Notes under the pieces: generated by a model | The model's input: the letters and a program-made list of their open reading frames with translations, nothing else | What the model was told of the DNA's origin: nothing | Databases searched by the model: none | In this document: positions 39,617-52,600 of the stretch, piece after piece | Position numbering within the stretch: the stretch's first letter is position 1 | Layout of the letters: each line of letters starts with the position of its first letter | Assembly: GCA_001179505.1 (NCBI GenBank) | Contig: CDMY01000251.1 | Coordinates: 62,001-126,000 of the forward strand | DNA length: 64,000 nucleotides | Source of the DNA: Vitrella brassicaformis CCMP3155 | Taxonomy: Eukaryota > Protista > Chromerida | Direction of reading: 5' to 3' | Position numbers and translations under genes: made by a program

Positions 39617-41158
39617 TCAGGCGTCATCGAAGTGCAGCGGTATCGGTTTGGTCCTGTCGAGGGGCACGTCGATGACGAACGGGGGCCAGATCGGCCTGTA
39701 CATGAGATCAACAGAGGCCGCGTTGACATACACCTACCCACGGGCACACCAGACAGACAGACGACAGACAGGCAGGCAGGCAGGCAGGCAGGCAAGACAG
39801 GTGCGTTCGTGGCGTGCATCGGCCGGCGTGCGTGTGTGAATGGGGCAGCTTGGCTTACGGTTGTGCCGTCGAAGGCGACTCCCCTGCCTTCGTGGATATG
39901 GCCGTATATGTTGAGCCTGTAGCCACAGAGAAAAGACAGCCGAATGAGCGCGATTGCCGTCTTCTTTTTCTTCTCTCTGTACATGCTGTGCTTGCCTTGC
40001 CTTGGTTTGATCCTCCCTTGGATCTCCCGCTTGAGATCTGCACAGCCGGCATGGACACGCGACTTGGTGAAGTCAAGGATTTGGTATGAAGGGCCGTGTG
40101 TGATCAACACGTCGACGTCATCCGGAATCTGCACCGCACCGCACCGCACCCGGCAAGCAGCCAACAAACCACACGCACGGACGACAACGGATGACGATAA
40201 AACACCACACCCCCTCCCTTCATCACTTTACCACTCACCAGCTGCCACTTCTCAGATATCTCCTCCCCCCTGTCGAGGTTGAAGCCCCAGTCAAAGAATG
40301 TCGGGGTCCATGGGGAGCCCCATAAAGTGAGGCCTTTGACCGTGGTGCCCGAGTCCTCCAGGTAGGTGCAGTGCTGCAGCGATGCACGGACCGCCTCGCA
40401 GTCGTGTTGCACGTCGTGGAAACGACTGATACACACGAGAGCGACACACAGGGAGTGGGAGGGAGGGAGGGATCATGTGTGTGTCTGTGGAACAAGGATA
40501 GGTCGCTCACCGCCACAGACGGGGATAGTATTTGGTGTCGAATGTGAGGTCGTGGTTGCCCGCTATGACCACCTTATGCTCGTAGGGCTGACCAGCCAGC
40601 CAGTTGCTCAGCTCCTTGATGGCATCGGGCTCACCATCCATCTGGACAGACAGACAGACAGACAGAGACCACAACAGAGCAAGTGAACCTGCACACAATC
40701 GTTCCCAAGACGTTGATTGATTCGTGTCCCAATTGTCGTGTCCCCCGTGCTGACCGTCCAATCGCCGGCGTGAATCAGCACATCCCCCAAGGGGAGAGGT
40801 GTGGTGTCGTCGGCTCCCTCTGGCGATTTGGTGGTGGTGATGCTGCCATGCTGGCTGTGTGTGTCCGAAATGCACACCAGACGGACGTACCTAAGACCAG
40901 CATACAAGAAACACACGGTGCACGTCGGTGGCGTGGAGTCGTCTGCACTGCGCTGCGCTGTGTGGTGTGTGCCCACCCCGGCAAGCTTCTGTTCCTCTCA
41001 ACCCACTCTTTGTCGTTGTCGGGGTCAACAAAGCGGCAGCTGGCCGACGGGCAGACACGAACGGGCTGTCTGCTGCCCATGGATGGGCGACGAGGGAACG
41101 GAGATCTGTGCAGGAACAAGGCTGCTGCTGTGAGAGGAACCAGCCTCAGCTGTCGCAT
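39617..41158 (-). CDS. Calcineurin-like metallophosphoesterase (MPPED1/2-like)
   Basis: RLVCISDTH, GDVLIHAGD, KVVIAGNHD, YLEDS..LWGSPW, IPDDVDVLITHGP, GCADL, YGHIHEG, YVNAA. Confidence 0.9.
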
Positions 41159-41191
41159 GCACCACGCGGAGGAAGTTTGCCGCACATCAAA

Positions 41192-41200
41192 TGCGAGCTT
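41192..41200 (+). promoter_or_regulatory. TGCGAGCTT motif in the 100-bp MPPED/YkgJ divergent interval
   Basis: Exact 9-mer between the ATGs at 41158 (-) and 41259 (+). Confidence 0.55.
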
Positions 41201-41258
41201 GGCAGCGACAGAGATCTGGCTGCGGGGGTAGCGTCTATCCCGGCGTCTTGCGTCTTGG

Positions 41259-42183
41259 ATGCGTCACAAAACCGGATGGCGTCAGGCGTTTGTGCTGCTG
41301 CAGCTGAGCCTCATCACCTTCTGCATCTTCGTCGGCGACGCTGCCGCTGCTGGGCCTGCGCGCGAGCTCTTCATCTCCCGCCATGCCTGGCCTGGTGTGC
41401 ATTCAGCCATCCGCCGTCGGCTACGAGCGCGGCGATGGACGTTCATCAGGATGACTGGAGAATCTGATGAGATGGAAGGCGAGGAGTCACGGGAGCAGAT
41501 CCCTTCTGACCTGGTGATGCGACGCAGCGAGCAGTGGGGATGCGTGAGGTATAAGAACACGATAGATACATGAAAGACGCAACGATCGATGTACGCGGTT
41601 GATTGGTTCGTCTGTCTGTGCGGTCTGGTCTCCCTGCATATATGTGATGGATGTGCCCTGCAGGAACTGTGGCGCATGTTGCCGCTTGGCTGACTGGCTG
41701 CCGAACGTGGATGAGATCTTCCTCTACGGGAAGGACAAGGCGCTTTTCCTCTCAATGATCCGCCCCGAAGACGGCTACTGCAGACACTTCGATCAGGACA
41801 CGCGCTCCTGCACCATCTATCACGACAGGCCTTGGTTCTGTCGCGTCGAGGCCGACATCTTCGGCCATCTCTACGGTATGGCCGTGGACGAGATGGACGA
41901 GTTCTGCCGCGAGTGCTGCCGAGACCAGATCCGCAAGGTGTTTGGCGCCGACAGCACGGTGAGGAGGGAGTTCGATGAGCTGCAGGAGCGGCTGGAGCAG
42001 GAGATGATCGACGAGCGGCAGCCTCGAATCGTGCCGAGGCACGCTGTTGAGATGGGGGAGAGGGAGGGGATTGTGTGGTGGGAGAAGCAGCCGCCTGCTC
42101 TTCCCGAGAGGCTGAGGCTGTGGCGGACGACGGACGGATGGATCCCCTACCAGGACTATTTTGATAGACAGATAGAGAGATAG
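41259..42183 (+). CDS. YkgJ-family (CxxCxxCC) cysteine-cluster protein of cyanobacterial/plant type with a bipartite plastid-like leader
   Basis: Intron 41549-41663 joins WGCVR|NCGACCRL; downstream GYCRHFD..CTIYHDRPWFCRVE..CCRDQI..VFG. The leader is a hydrophobic AFVLLQLSLITFCIFVGDAAAA followed by an Arg-rich stretch. Confidence 0.85.
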
Positions 42184-42491
42184 AGAGATAGGGAGGAGAG
42201 GGGACAGGTCAGATCAGACGAGGGGACTTTTCTAGTTGGTCACGTTCTTCCAGCTTGTCTCGGTGTGTCGTCTGGAGGTGTTAGTCGATGAAGAGTGAGG
42301 CCTTGCGTATCACCGCATCCAGTGGTGATGCATGAGTCCGGTTCATTGTCGACTGCAACACTTCCCGGCGGGCACGGGTGGATACATATAGCATCGGGCT
42401 GCTCGCCCCGTGTAAGCCACAATTGCAAGTTTACGACTGGCAAGAATCGGGAGGTCCCTTTTACACACGTTTCAGCCCGCCAGACAACGGC

Positions 42492-44931
42492 ATGACGAGT
42501 GGTGGTGGTGGTGAGGAGGATGACGCCTCTCTGCTGTGGATCTCTCATCGCACGCACGTCGAGGCTCTGGCCAAGGACCTCGCCGCGGCCCGAGAGAAGC
42601 TTCAGAAGGCCAAGGAGGAAACGCGAAAGCTGCTGGCCGAGAGCGCAAAGCTCAAGCTCGAAGCCGCAGCCGCCAACGAGCGCATCGAGGCGCGAGAGCG
42701 GTCCATCCACGACGAGAAGGCGCAGGTGGCCAGCGAGCACGAGAGGCGGCTGCGGGAGAAACAGGATCAGCTGACAGAGATGGAACGGTGCCTCGAGAAG
42801 GCCATGCAGCAGCGGAAGGAGTCGCAGGAGGCCCTCTTGCAGCAGAGGTACAGTACTCACTGACGCAGAGGATGGATGTAAGTACTAACCGTCGGGATGT
42901 GATGTGTGTGCCACATTTTGTTTTGCTTTGCAGTGTTCGTGTGTTTGAGATTGAGCAGCAGCTGGAGGACTGCAAATCTCGCGAGGCGAGCAGCTCCAAC
43001 GCTCACCAGGCCCTCTGCAACAGCGTCGAGCAGAGATACAATTCACTCAAGGCCACTGTGGTCAGTCAGATGAGGGGCGAGGGGGCGGAATTCAATGATG
43101 CTATACCTGAGCCTGTGTGGTGTGTTCGGTGCATATGGTCGGTTCGGTCGTGTAGGATGAGACGAGGGTGTTGTTGGACGACAGTGCGCAGGAGAAGGCT
43201 AAGTTAGAGGAGTACCAGCAGAGGCTGCAGGAGAGTGTCACCGCACTATCTACCAAACTCAAGGTGTGTCTCCTCATGTGCACCACGAAGACAGCCAGGG
43301 GGTGCGCACCGCACTTGAATGGCTGTGTGTGTGTTTGTGGCCGTCTGTTTGTCAGGAGAAGGATTCGTTCATCGTGGAGATGGCCCAGCGCGAGAAGGAC
43401 GTGTCGAGCCAGCGCAACGCAGCCCTGCTGAAACTACAAGGTCACAATAGGACGTGTTGAAGGACACAATGCGAGGTGACGTGTGGTGTTCAGAGGCGGA
43501 GAGTACCATCGCATCTCTGCGCTCGGACGTCGAAACCTCTAAGCAGAACAACGAATCCACCAAAGGTAGGTACCCCAAACGCACCGACACCCATGCGGCA
43601 TCCCTCCCGCTCTTCCCTCTGTGTGCTCATGTCATGTGTCCACCCACCCACTTCATGGGTCTCATTCATGTTTATGTGTGTGTGTGTGTGTGTGTGTGTA
43701 TGCAGAGCGAGCAGCCCACTACTCGCAGCAGTACAACGCAACCCTGGCCAAGCTCGACAGCCAGCGCAAGTACATCGACAGCCTACAGAGAACATGCCAG
43801 GAGCAGAACCAGCAGGTTGGTTGGGAGCACCAAGGAAAAGACGACTGCACCACGCCCATGATATAATGTCTCGATGTCTCGTGGTGTTTGTCATCCATTC
43901 ATCCATCAGATCAGTAAGTTGTCCGAGACCGTGCGGCAGCACCCAGAGTACTCTGGCGGTGACCCGCTGCCGCCCTGCCCTGCCATGCTGGACGCAGCCA
44001 CATCGACAGACCACCGTGCGGCACATGGGACCAAGTCCATCCAGGCCCACATCCTGCCGGCGTCAAGTGAGGCGTCGGTGCAGGCCGACGTCACCAGCCC
44101 CATCGCCATCGCACAGCTACAGCAAGAGGATGGTGATCAGTATGACCATGACAACGCCCACAGCCACCGCGACCACGAGATGATGCCGCCTCCCTCACCC
44201 CGCCACGCGCCAGCCTCGCCCCGCTCCCTCGTCCCATACGGATATGCATCGCCCAAGCCCCTCCCGTCGCTCAACAATAAGTACCAGCATCGCAGCCCCT
44301 CTGCCAGTGGTGTGTGTCGTGTGATGGGGCCGCCACCCGCCCTGCCGCCATTCCCCTCTCCCTCTCCATCAGCGCCAGCAGCTGCTGGTGTTGACGGTTG
44401 GAAGGGCTCAGTGGGTCACTCGCCGTTACATTGTTTGTCGCAGCCTCAGTCGCAGCGAAGTGTGCGGCAGAGTGGCTGTGGTGGTGGGGGAGGGTCTGTC
44501 AAGCGGAAGGTGGTTGACATTGAGTTGTCGCCCCACGACCATGGCGAGGGGCGCAGCAGACAGCGGATGCGGGCGTCTCTATCGCCTGGTGAGTTAGTGA
44601 GAGAAGGCGAGACACAGACACATCACAATGGAACAGACGGATGGATGGATGGATCTGGGTGTGGGGTATCTCTGTGCTCTGTGTGTGTTAGCAGCGGAGG
44701 GATGTGGTGGCGGTGGTGGTGGTGGCACGGGTGTGGGAGACGATGGGCGCCTGGTCAGGGAGGAGGAGAGCATGCCCCCTCCCCGCACAATCAACGACAT
44801 CTTCGGATCGTTCCTCTCATCACAGGTGCGTGCGTGTGAGGGTGACCCAGCAGACGAACGAACCAGCATACACGCACACCTGGTCTGTGTGTGTGAATGC
44901 CCATGCATCCATGCAGGCGGGCTACTCGTGA
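42492..44931 (+). CDS. Hypothetical long coiled-coil protein with a Pro/Ser-rich tail (multi-exon)
   Basis: Heptad-rich exons (ALAKDLAAAREKLQKAKEETRKLL, FEIEQQLEDCK, EKAKLEEYQQRLQES) join in frame. Start and end are inferred. Confidence 0.7.
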
Positions 44932-47226
44932 GAGGGTGAGTGAGCTTGTTCGCGGCCGCAGAAGGAGAACTGATGCGTGCGCTTGTGGATGTCGTGTGAG
45001 TGAGAGTATGGAACAATCGCTACTCTATTGTCGAAGTCATCAGTGGTACCAGCGCACCGGCCGGCCAATCACTGCATGGTTTTGAGACGTGTGTCCATCC
45101 GTCTGGGTGTTCATCGCCCGCCCGCCCGCCGGTCGCATGGGGAGTAATAAAACGCAACGCGACACATACGCACATTTGTCGACGTCATGCAGTGGGTGAG
45201 TGTGGGTGTGTGGGTGTGGGTGTTCGGGTGAGTGACTAACAAATACAGACGACGACGCAACCCGCACAGAGACCAACTCATGCTCACCACATGCACGAGA
45301 CGACACAACGTGCTGTCCTCTGCTCTGTGTGGTAAGAAAAACTCTGCGGCAGACCGACATGTTCATGGCGAATTACAGAGTAACCCCACCCCTTTCGGCT
45401 GGCTGCGGTTCGTCTGTCGGCCAGCCCGATAGGTCACGTTCGCATCCTCATCCATCGAACCGGTGACCCACTCGAACCCGATACCCAAACCGCAGAGGAA
45501 GCCGATATGTGTAACAGAATGAATGATACACGCAGACGCACATGTACACATACGCACATCGATTCCATTCGCTTGCCCTCCTTCCTGTGGTATCACGCGC
45601 CGACCCCACCGGATGGGAGGCTCCATGTCATTGGATGGACAGGAGCTTACCGGCCGCAGGGCTGGCACAACGACGCCGCAAGGGACAGGCATCAACCAAC
45701 AGCATCGTGTATACACATCACCATAACCACCAGCAGCAGACAGCCCGGGCAAAAATCATGATGCCATCCCACCCCGACACGTAGCACACACGCACAGAGA
45801 GACAGAATCCTTCCCAGTCCTTCCTTCGCGACAATCGGATGACCCACGCTCGGACGCAACACACATCCGATGGTCGTCGTTGCGGGTGGGGTGGGTGTCA
45901 GGGAAGTCAGTCACTTGCAGAGACCGACCGACATGCACATATACAGAACGCACTCACATGTGTACGCAAGTGACCAGCGCATACACGCATACACACACAG
46001 GAGTGAAGGTAGCCAGGAGCGGAGGGGGAGGGGGAGGAATAGGGGGAGGGGGAGGGGACGAGCCCTTCGGGCTTCCCAAAAACGGCCAGCCGACCAAGTC
46101 AGTCAGTCAGTCTTGAAAATAATGATGGATGGATGGATGGACGCATGAATGGATGATACATGTGCTTATGTATGTACGTATGTATGTGTGTGGGCCCACA
46201 TCATTAGAGTACATAAGTGACCGGACCGGACCGGGCCGCGAAGAGAGTCAGTCAAAAAAGACCACACCACCGACCGTTGATCGATCGATCGATAAGTAAC
46301 GATCGAACGGACAAGTGCACATCATAAGCGATAATTAATAGCCACAGGCCGTTCCGTTGACGATGCATCATTTCCTCACCTGGGGGGGCTGTGGTCTGGG
46401 GATGCTTGGTGAGAAAAGACCAATACAGACACACGGGCACAGATGCCCCTCCCCAAAGTGTAGTGTGCAGAAAAGTAACCATAAGCAGTAGGCAGGTCGC
46501 GAAAAATGGCAAGGAAAAGTGGCTTGCTTGGCTTTGGCGGGCACCGAAAAATCAGGTGCCCTTTCTGTGTCAGTCAATCAATGTACACGCACCACCACCA
46601 CCACAACATACAGCTACACATCCATGTATACATGCATACACACACGCACGCACGCACCATCATGTCATGTCATGCACCACGCACCGCCACGCACCAGGCA
46701 CACACCGGCATGAGTCGGCAAAACTGACACTGTCGAATCCTTTCCTCTCCTCACACACACACACACACACACACACAGCCAGCAAGACGGACATCCACCC
46801 GATCAGCCAGCCAGGCAGCCAGCCAGCCAGGCAGCCAGCCAGCCAGCCAGCCAGCCAGGAAGGCAGCCACACGGATGCCTGTCTCCCCTTTGGGACGTCA
46901 GGCCAGGACGCACCATCAGACACACAACACACGGACAGACACCGACAGCCAGGCCACACTGAGTGAACAACAACACACACATCCATCCACCCATCACATG
47001 TACATGAAGATGTATGTATGCCTGTGTGGTTCCCTCTGTTGATACAGACAGATAGAGTAGGGTAGGGCGGGGTGTGGGTGGAGATCAGCGCAGTGGGGGT
47101 GTCCAGTGCCCAAGGCTCCCTCCTCTCACAAAAGACCGACTCCCATGAGCAGGGCATCGATCGCTCCAAAATCTCTCTCGCTGCTCACCTCACTGGCCCG
47201 ACTCTCTATCTATCGCTCTGTCTCTC

Positions 47227-48993
47227 TCATTGCTCGCTGCTTCTGAAGGCCTTGAGCTTCCCGTGCAGGAATCCCCTGTTCTGCTTGCTTGGCATCTTGG
47301 CCGCCACGCCGTCCACAGAGTTGTCTGTGCTCATCGGCGACTGCTCATCCTGCACGCCAAATCGCGCCACGTCCATCACCGACACCGGGCTTTGCGGCTC
47401 CGCCTCCACCGGCGTAGCGGCGGCGCGCTTGTTGGCGTCCATCCTGGCGATCATCTCGGCCACGTAGGACGGGCCCGGCGATCGCGAGCGGATCTTGCGG
47501 CCGCCGGCTGCCTTCTTGGGGCTGACCTTGACGCCCTGGGGGGTCACCACCGTGACGGACGGCGCGGGGGAGTCCGGCAGGGCGACACCTGACACACCAC
47601 ACCACACAACAGACCGACCGATGCACCAGTCAGTGTGTCTGTGTGTGTCTGTGTGCCCTTCCTTTCGCGTGTCGTGTGTGTCTTGTTTGTCAGTCACCCA
47701 CCGGGGAAAGCGACGTTGCCGCGCCTCTCCCTGTCCTGCACGGCCGCCTTGACCGTGGCGAACGGGGCTCTGGAAGGCGGCAGCTCAGGTGAGGTGTCGG
47801 GGCTGCTCTTGTTGGACGCCCCGTTGACCGGGGAGTTGTTATCGCTGCTCTGCGGCGAATTGTTGTCGGCGTCGCTCTCGATGCCGGGGCTGGAGGGGGC
47901 GGACTCCCACCCGTCGGTGCTCTCCTTGCCGTCCTTCTTGCACGACACGCGGGAGATGTCGGTGCAGGCGGTGGAGGGGATGTGGGTCAGCTGCATGCGC
48001 AGCGACGCCAGCTCCTGCTCAAGGGCATCGGCACGGCTGCGCTCGGCCTTCAACTCGCCGTCCAGAATGGCATTCTGGCGAACAGCCGTCTGCACACATA
48101 CACACATCGCAATGAAGCAGTGAGAGCATGGGGGGGGGGGGGGGGATNNNNNNNNNNNNNNNNNNNNNNNNNNNNNNNNNNNNNNNNNNNNNNNNNNNNN
48201 NNNNNNNNNNNNNNNNNNNNNNNNNNNNNNNNNNNNNNNNNNNNNNNNNNNNNNNNNNNNNNNNNNNNNNNNNNNNNNNNNNNNNNNNNNNNNNNNNNNN
48301 NNNNNNNNNNNNNNNNNNNNNNNNNNNNNNNNNNNNNNNNNNNNNNNNNNNNNNNNNNNNNNNNNNNNNNNNNNNNNNNNNNNNNNNNNNNNNNNNNNNN
48401 NNNNNNNNNNNNNNNNNNNNNNNNNNNNNNNNNNNNNNNNNNNNNNNGGGGGGGGGGGGGAATCCGCGTGTGTGTAGTGTGTGTGTTGTGCACCCACGTA
48501 CCTTGATCTCTGTCTGGGGCGAGGCGATCAGCGCCCTGTCCTCGGCACTCTCCTTGCGCCCCACCACCACATGCGCGTCAGCAGCCTCCTTCCTCACATT
48601 ATCCTGGTTCTGCTGCCCACCGGAGGCCACCGCCCCCGCCGTTCCGCCATGTCTGTCGGTCCGGCCAAACACCCCCTCCCTCGCAGACATATCCGTGCAC
48701 CACTCCACGGCCGCCTGGCGGGCCTCCATGATGGCGCCCCGACCCATCCGCGTCGCCACGAACTCGCGCGTGCCCCGCTTCACGCAAGTGGCGGTCCAGG
48801 TGCGTGTGGCGCTGTCCCATGAGAGGCCTGGCACCTTGGTGGTGCGGGGGAGCTTGTGGAGGTTGCAGGGGGGCAGCTCGGGGAGCGCCCTGCTCATGGG
48901 AGTGGGTCTGAGTGAGAAGTCTCTGGGGAGGTCCTCGAGGTCATGCTGAGGGTTGAGGGGGGCGGACGAGCAGCGGGTGAGACGGGACGGCAT
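47227..48993 (-). CDS. ApiAP2-type transcription factor (one divergent AP2 domain plus a short coiled coil)
   Basis: KVPGLSWDSATRTWTATCVKRGTREFVATRMGRGAIMEARQAAVEW fits the ApiAP2 pattern (G-S-W/F..W-A..F....EAR..A-EW). One intron contains an N gap. A probable 5'UTR donor (gtaagc) lies near 49460. Confidence 0.7.
48148..48447. other. Assembly gap (300 N) flanked by poly-G, inside an AP2 intron
   Basis: N run with G homopolymers on both sides. Confidence 0.99.
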
Positions 48994-49550
48994 CCTGCTG
49001 GCTGCTGTGGCTGTGAGTGACTGCTGGTGACGGTCGGGGACACAGCTAGCTGAGGATCTGAAAGAGGGAGAGACGCCAGCATAGCATGCCACCGACAGCA
49101 AGTGATCTGGTTTGTCATGTGCCAGCCCTGGAGGCTGCACTCGCCCTCACTCGCTCACCTGGTCAGCTGGTGGCGTGTGTGCAGACAGAGACGTCAAGGG
49201 GCACCTGCACAGAGGCACACACACAGAGCACCACACGAGTGGTCGTTATGGGCATGGGTCATTCATGTCGAGACACGGGAGTTGGTCAGTCAGGTGATCT
49301 AAGTGTGGTGATCTATGTGCCCATGCATCACATACATCATACATCACCACTGCCTCCGCACACGGAGATCAATGCGTCACGCGCAGGGCAGGGCAAGGCA
49401 CCCCCTCTTCCTTCGCGTGTCCCGTGCAGGTGCTCAAGAAAGATCAGCGCAGCGGCTTACCAGTCGTGGAGCAATGGGTAGCAGCGAGTGGAGCACGGGG
49501 CAGCTCCTGAGAGATACTTAGGGGGGGAAGATCTCGGCTCGCAACCGATG

Positions 49551-49558
49551 GCGAGCTT
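49551..49558 (+). promoter_or_regulatory. GCGAGCTT motif in the AP2/COG2 divergent region, followed by tandem ATCTGC repeats (about 49615-49640)
   Basis: 8 of 9 bases match the recurring motif; gatctgctgaaatctgctgatctgc follows. Confidence 0.45.
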
Positions 49559-49690
49559 TTAAATTCAGAGCGGTGGCCGCAGCAGCAAAGCACAGTGGCA
49601 TTGTCCAGGCCCGTGATCTGCTGAAATCTGCTGATCTGCAGAAGGCCAGATCAGATTGGGAGCCCGTCCCTCTCTCGCGCCACAAGAGCG

Positions 49691-52600
49691 ATGGCGGACA
49701 GTTCATGTATAGATTTCGAAGCCTTCACGGCGCCAGATCCCTCAGCCTTCGATGCGCGCGCCTTCGTGGTGGCGCACCGGCGGCGCCTGCCGATGAGTGA
49801 GCTGAGGCAGGGGCTCAAGGACCACCTGGAGAAAGTGCGGCAGGAGCTGGTGGCCCTCATCAACGACAACTACAGCGACTTCATCAACCTCTCGTCGGAG
49901 ATGAGCGGCCTCGAAGGCAAGCTGGAGGCGCTCAAGGGGCCGCTGGCGGACTGTGAGTCCTATGCTGAGGGGTTCCGCGGTGAGCTCAAGGGCATACTGG
50001 ACGAGGCGAGGGCGCTATTTGCCGAGAAGGAGCGGGTGAGCGATGAGAGGGCGTTTGTGGAGAGGTGGCTGACGAACGAGGCGCTCATTGACGAGATCGA
50101 GAAACACCTCAAGCGCGACCACCACCACAAACACACCGGTCGGTGTGTGCCACACACCATACATACGCACACTGCCTGTCTGTCTGTCCGTCTGTCTGTC
50201 TGTCTGCAAGCAAGCATGGGATGGGATGCCCATCTATCTCTTCTCTGTCATCTCGTGTGTCTCGTCAGGTGACTTTTTGTCGCGTTACATTCTGTACGAG
50301 AACCTCGCCATCGACATCCGCCGCGTCCAGTACAACCTCATCGACCTGGACCTTCCATCAGCCACAACCACAGACACAGCCACAGACACAGCCACAGCAA
50401 TCACCACACACAAACACACAAACACAGGAGCAGCAACAGCAGCGGACAGCACCGCCACACCACCACCGCCGCGGTCACCCCCTCCCCCGCCCCCCAGATC
50501 TGACCGCTTCGCCCTTTTGCTCTCGCGCCTCGACGCCCTCCTGGACACACTCGGCACGCAGCTGGCCAAAGAGCTGAAGAAGCTGCTGCTTCGACTGGCG
50601 AGGCGGCACTACCAGCACCACCAGTTCTTGAGCAGCCGTGGCTCGTACACGGAGGGGTCGACGAGTGGTCTGGGTGTGCAGGTGGGGCGGGGCACGACGC
50701 TGAGCTCGATGTCGGCTGCCGGGACGGATGAGGGGGAGGACAGCGGGCGGGGCGGGAGGGGGGCTGAGGCGCTGGCCGTCTCGCACATCTGCAGGGCCTG
50801 CATGGCCATCGACAGAAGCGACACCGGTGAGCCAGCCAGCCAGCCAAGGAACACAACACGGTGTAGCGGGTGCATGGCATGGAATGGATCTGCCTGCTTT
50901 GCCTGACTTGATGCTGACTGATGTGTGTGCAGTCATCAAGGCGTTTTGTGACGTGTTTGTTGACGCGGCAATCGAACAGGTGGGAGGGACCGATGGATGG
51001 ATGGATGGACAGGCGGACAGGCCAGGCGGATGCCATGTCGGTTCTTCACTCACTTGTTTGCAGGCCCTGCGTGATTCCGAGAGGCGGTCCGCAGGGCCCG
51101 GTGTGGACTCGGATGCCGGCGACACGACAGCCAGGAGGGAGGCAGAGGTACGGAGATACAGACAGACAGACAGACAGATGCCCATCCACCCTACCACCCT
51201 CCCTCCCTCCCATAGACCCACCCTTCTCTCCCTCTCTCTTTGCCTCTCTCATCAGCGGCTGCAGCAGTTCCTGGCGGCCGTGGAGGCCACGCTGCTGTCC
51301 GACGCGTCCGCCTTCTGCACCCTCCTGCGGTCCCTGTCCTCCCGACACATTCCCCAGTTCGTGCCCACATTCGTCCCCTCGCTGCACCTGCTTACCGAGG
51401 CCCTCGCGCAGCCCCTCCTGGGCCGCATCGAGACCACCTTCCCCTCCATCTTCATGCCGGCCTACCCCCAGATCTTTGTGGTCAACTACACCGCTTTGCA
51501 GGGGTTCCTGCGGGGGCTGGAGAGACGAGTGACCAAGGGAGAGGTCATGGCCTTCAGGTGAGGTGCCTGGGGGAGGGAGGGAGGGCGTGGGTGCCTGGGT
51601 GGGTGAGTGGTGAGTGGTGAGTGGGGGGAGGGTGTGGTGTTTATTGTGTTTGTGTGTCTGTGGTGTGTGCAGGAGGAGCGAGGCGTATGTGCGTTTCCAG
51701 AAGAAGTGGAAGCTGCAGGTGTACTTCAGCATCAAGCAGAAGGAACACCTCGCGGCGCTCGAGGCCATCCTCGCCAAACGATGCACACTCGACCAGAGAA
51801 CCATGCACAACGACCAGGTCAGATGACCTGACCCACCAAGCGCATCCCCACACCACACCACACCATCCAGCTGATTGATGCTCATATGGGTGTGCAATGA
51901 ATGCAATGGACATAAACAGATGTACTGGATGGCTGGCAGCGTGGCGGTGCTGCAGCAGATCGAGGCCGTGTGGCACCCCCACTCCTACCTCCACGTCATG
52001 TTCGACCGCGCCCTCCGCTTCACGGCAGAACTCCTGGCCAGATACGCAGCCTACGTTGAGGCATTCCTCAAAGCCCTCCAGCACCACGACGACACTCACA
52101 CCCACACCCAGACACACACCGCCACCACCACCACCACCACGAGCGCCGCTGAGAGAGACGAGGACGTGACAGTGTGGCGGAGCGGGCAGCCGCCCGTGAG
52201 CTACCATGAGATCGGCAAGGTGGTGTCCGACCTGCTGACGGTGGTGCGGGCCATATCGACCGACCCGACGCGGCCCAAACTGGACGAATGGCGGGAGGGG
52301 TGTGTGCCTGAAGGAGGTGGGTTCGCGGTGGGGCGGGTGCTGCAGCTCATATTCGCGAGGGTTGAGGCCGCGGTGAGTGAGCAATATGTGCACACGTGGG
52401 TTGATCAGTCTAAACCGGAGAGATTGTTGGTTTTGTGTGTGTGTGTGTGTGTGGTTTGGTCGGTCGGCCAGCGGAGAGAGGACGAGGACGTCACAAACAA
52501 CGGCACCATCAAGTGAGGGAGAGTGAGGGACATCACACGCTGATGGGTGTGCGTGTATTGTGTTGTGTTGTGTCGGCCTGCCTATGAAGCGGCTCCCCGG

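Noticed and set aside
45040-47200. Small ORFs (e.g. 45363..45752 minus) between the coiled-coil and AP2 genes
   Set aside because: No consistent splice model or codon bias; mostly microsatellite-rich UTR or intergenic sequence.
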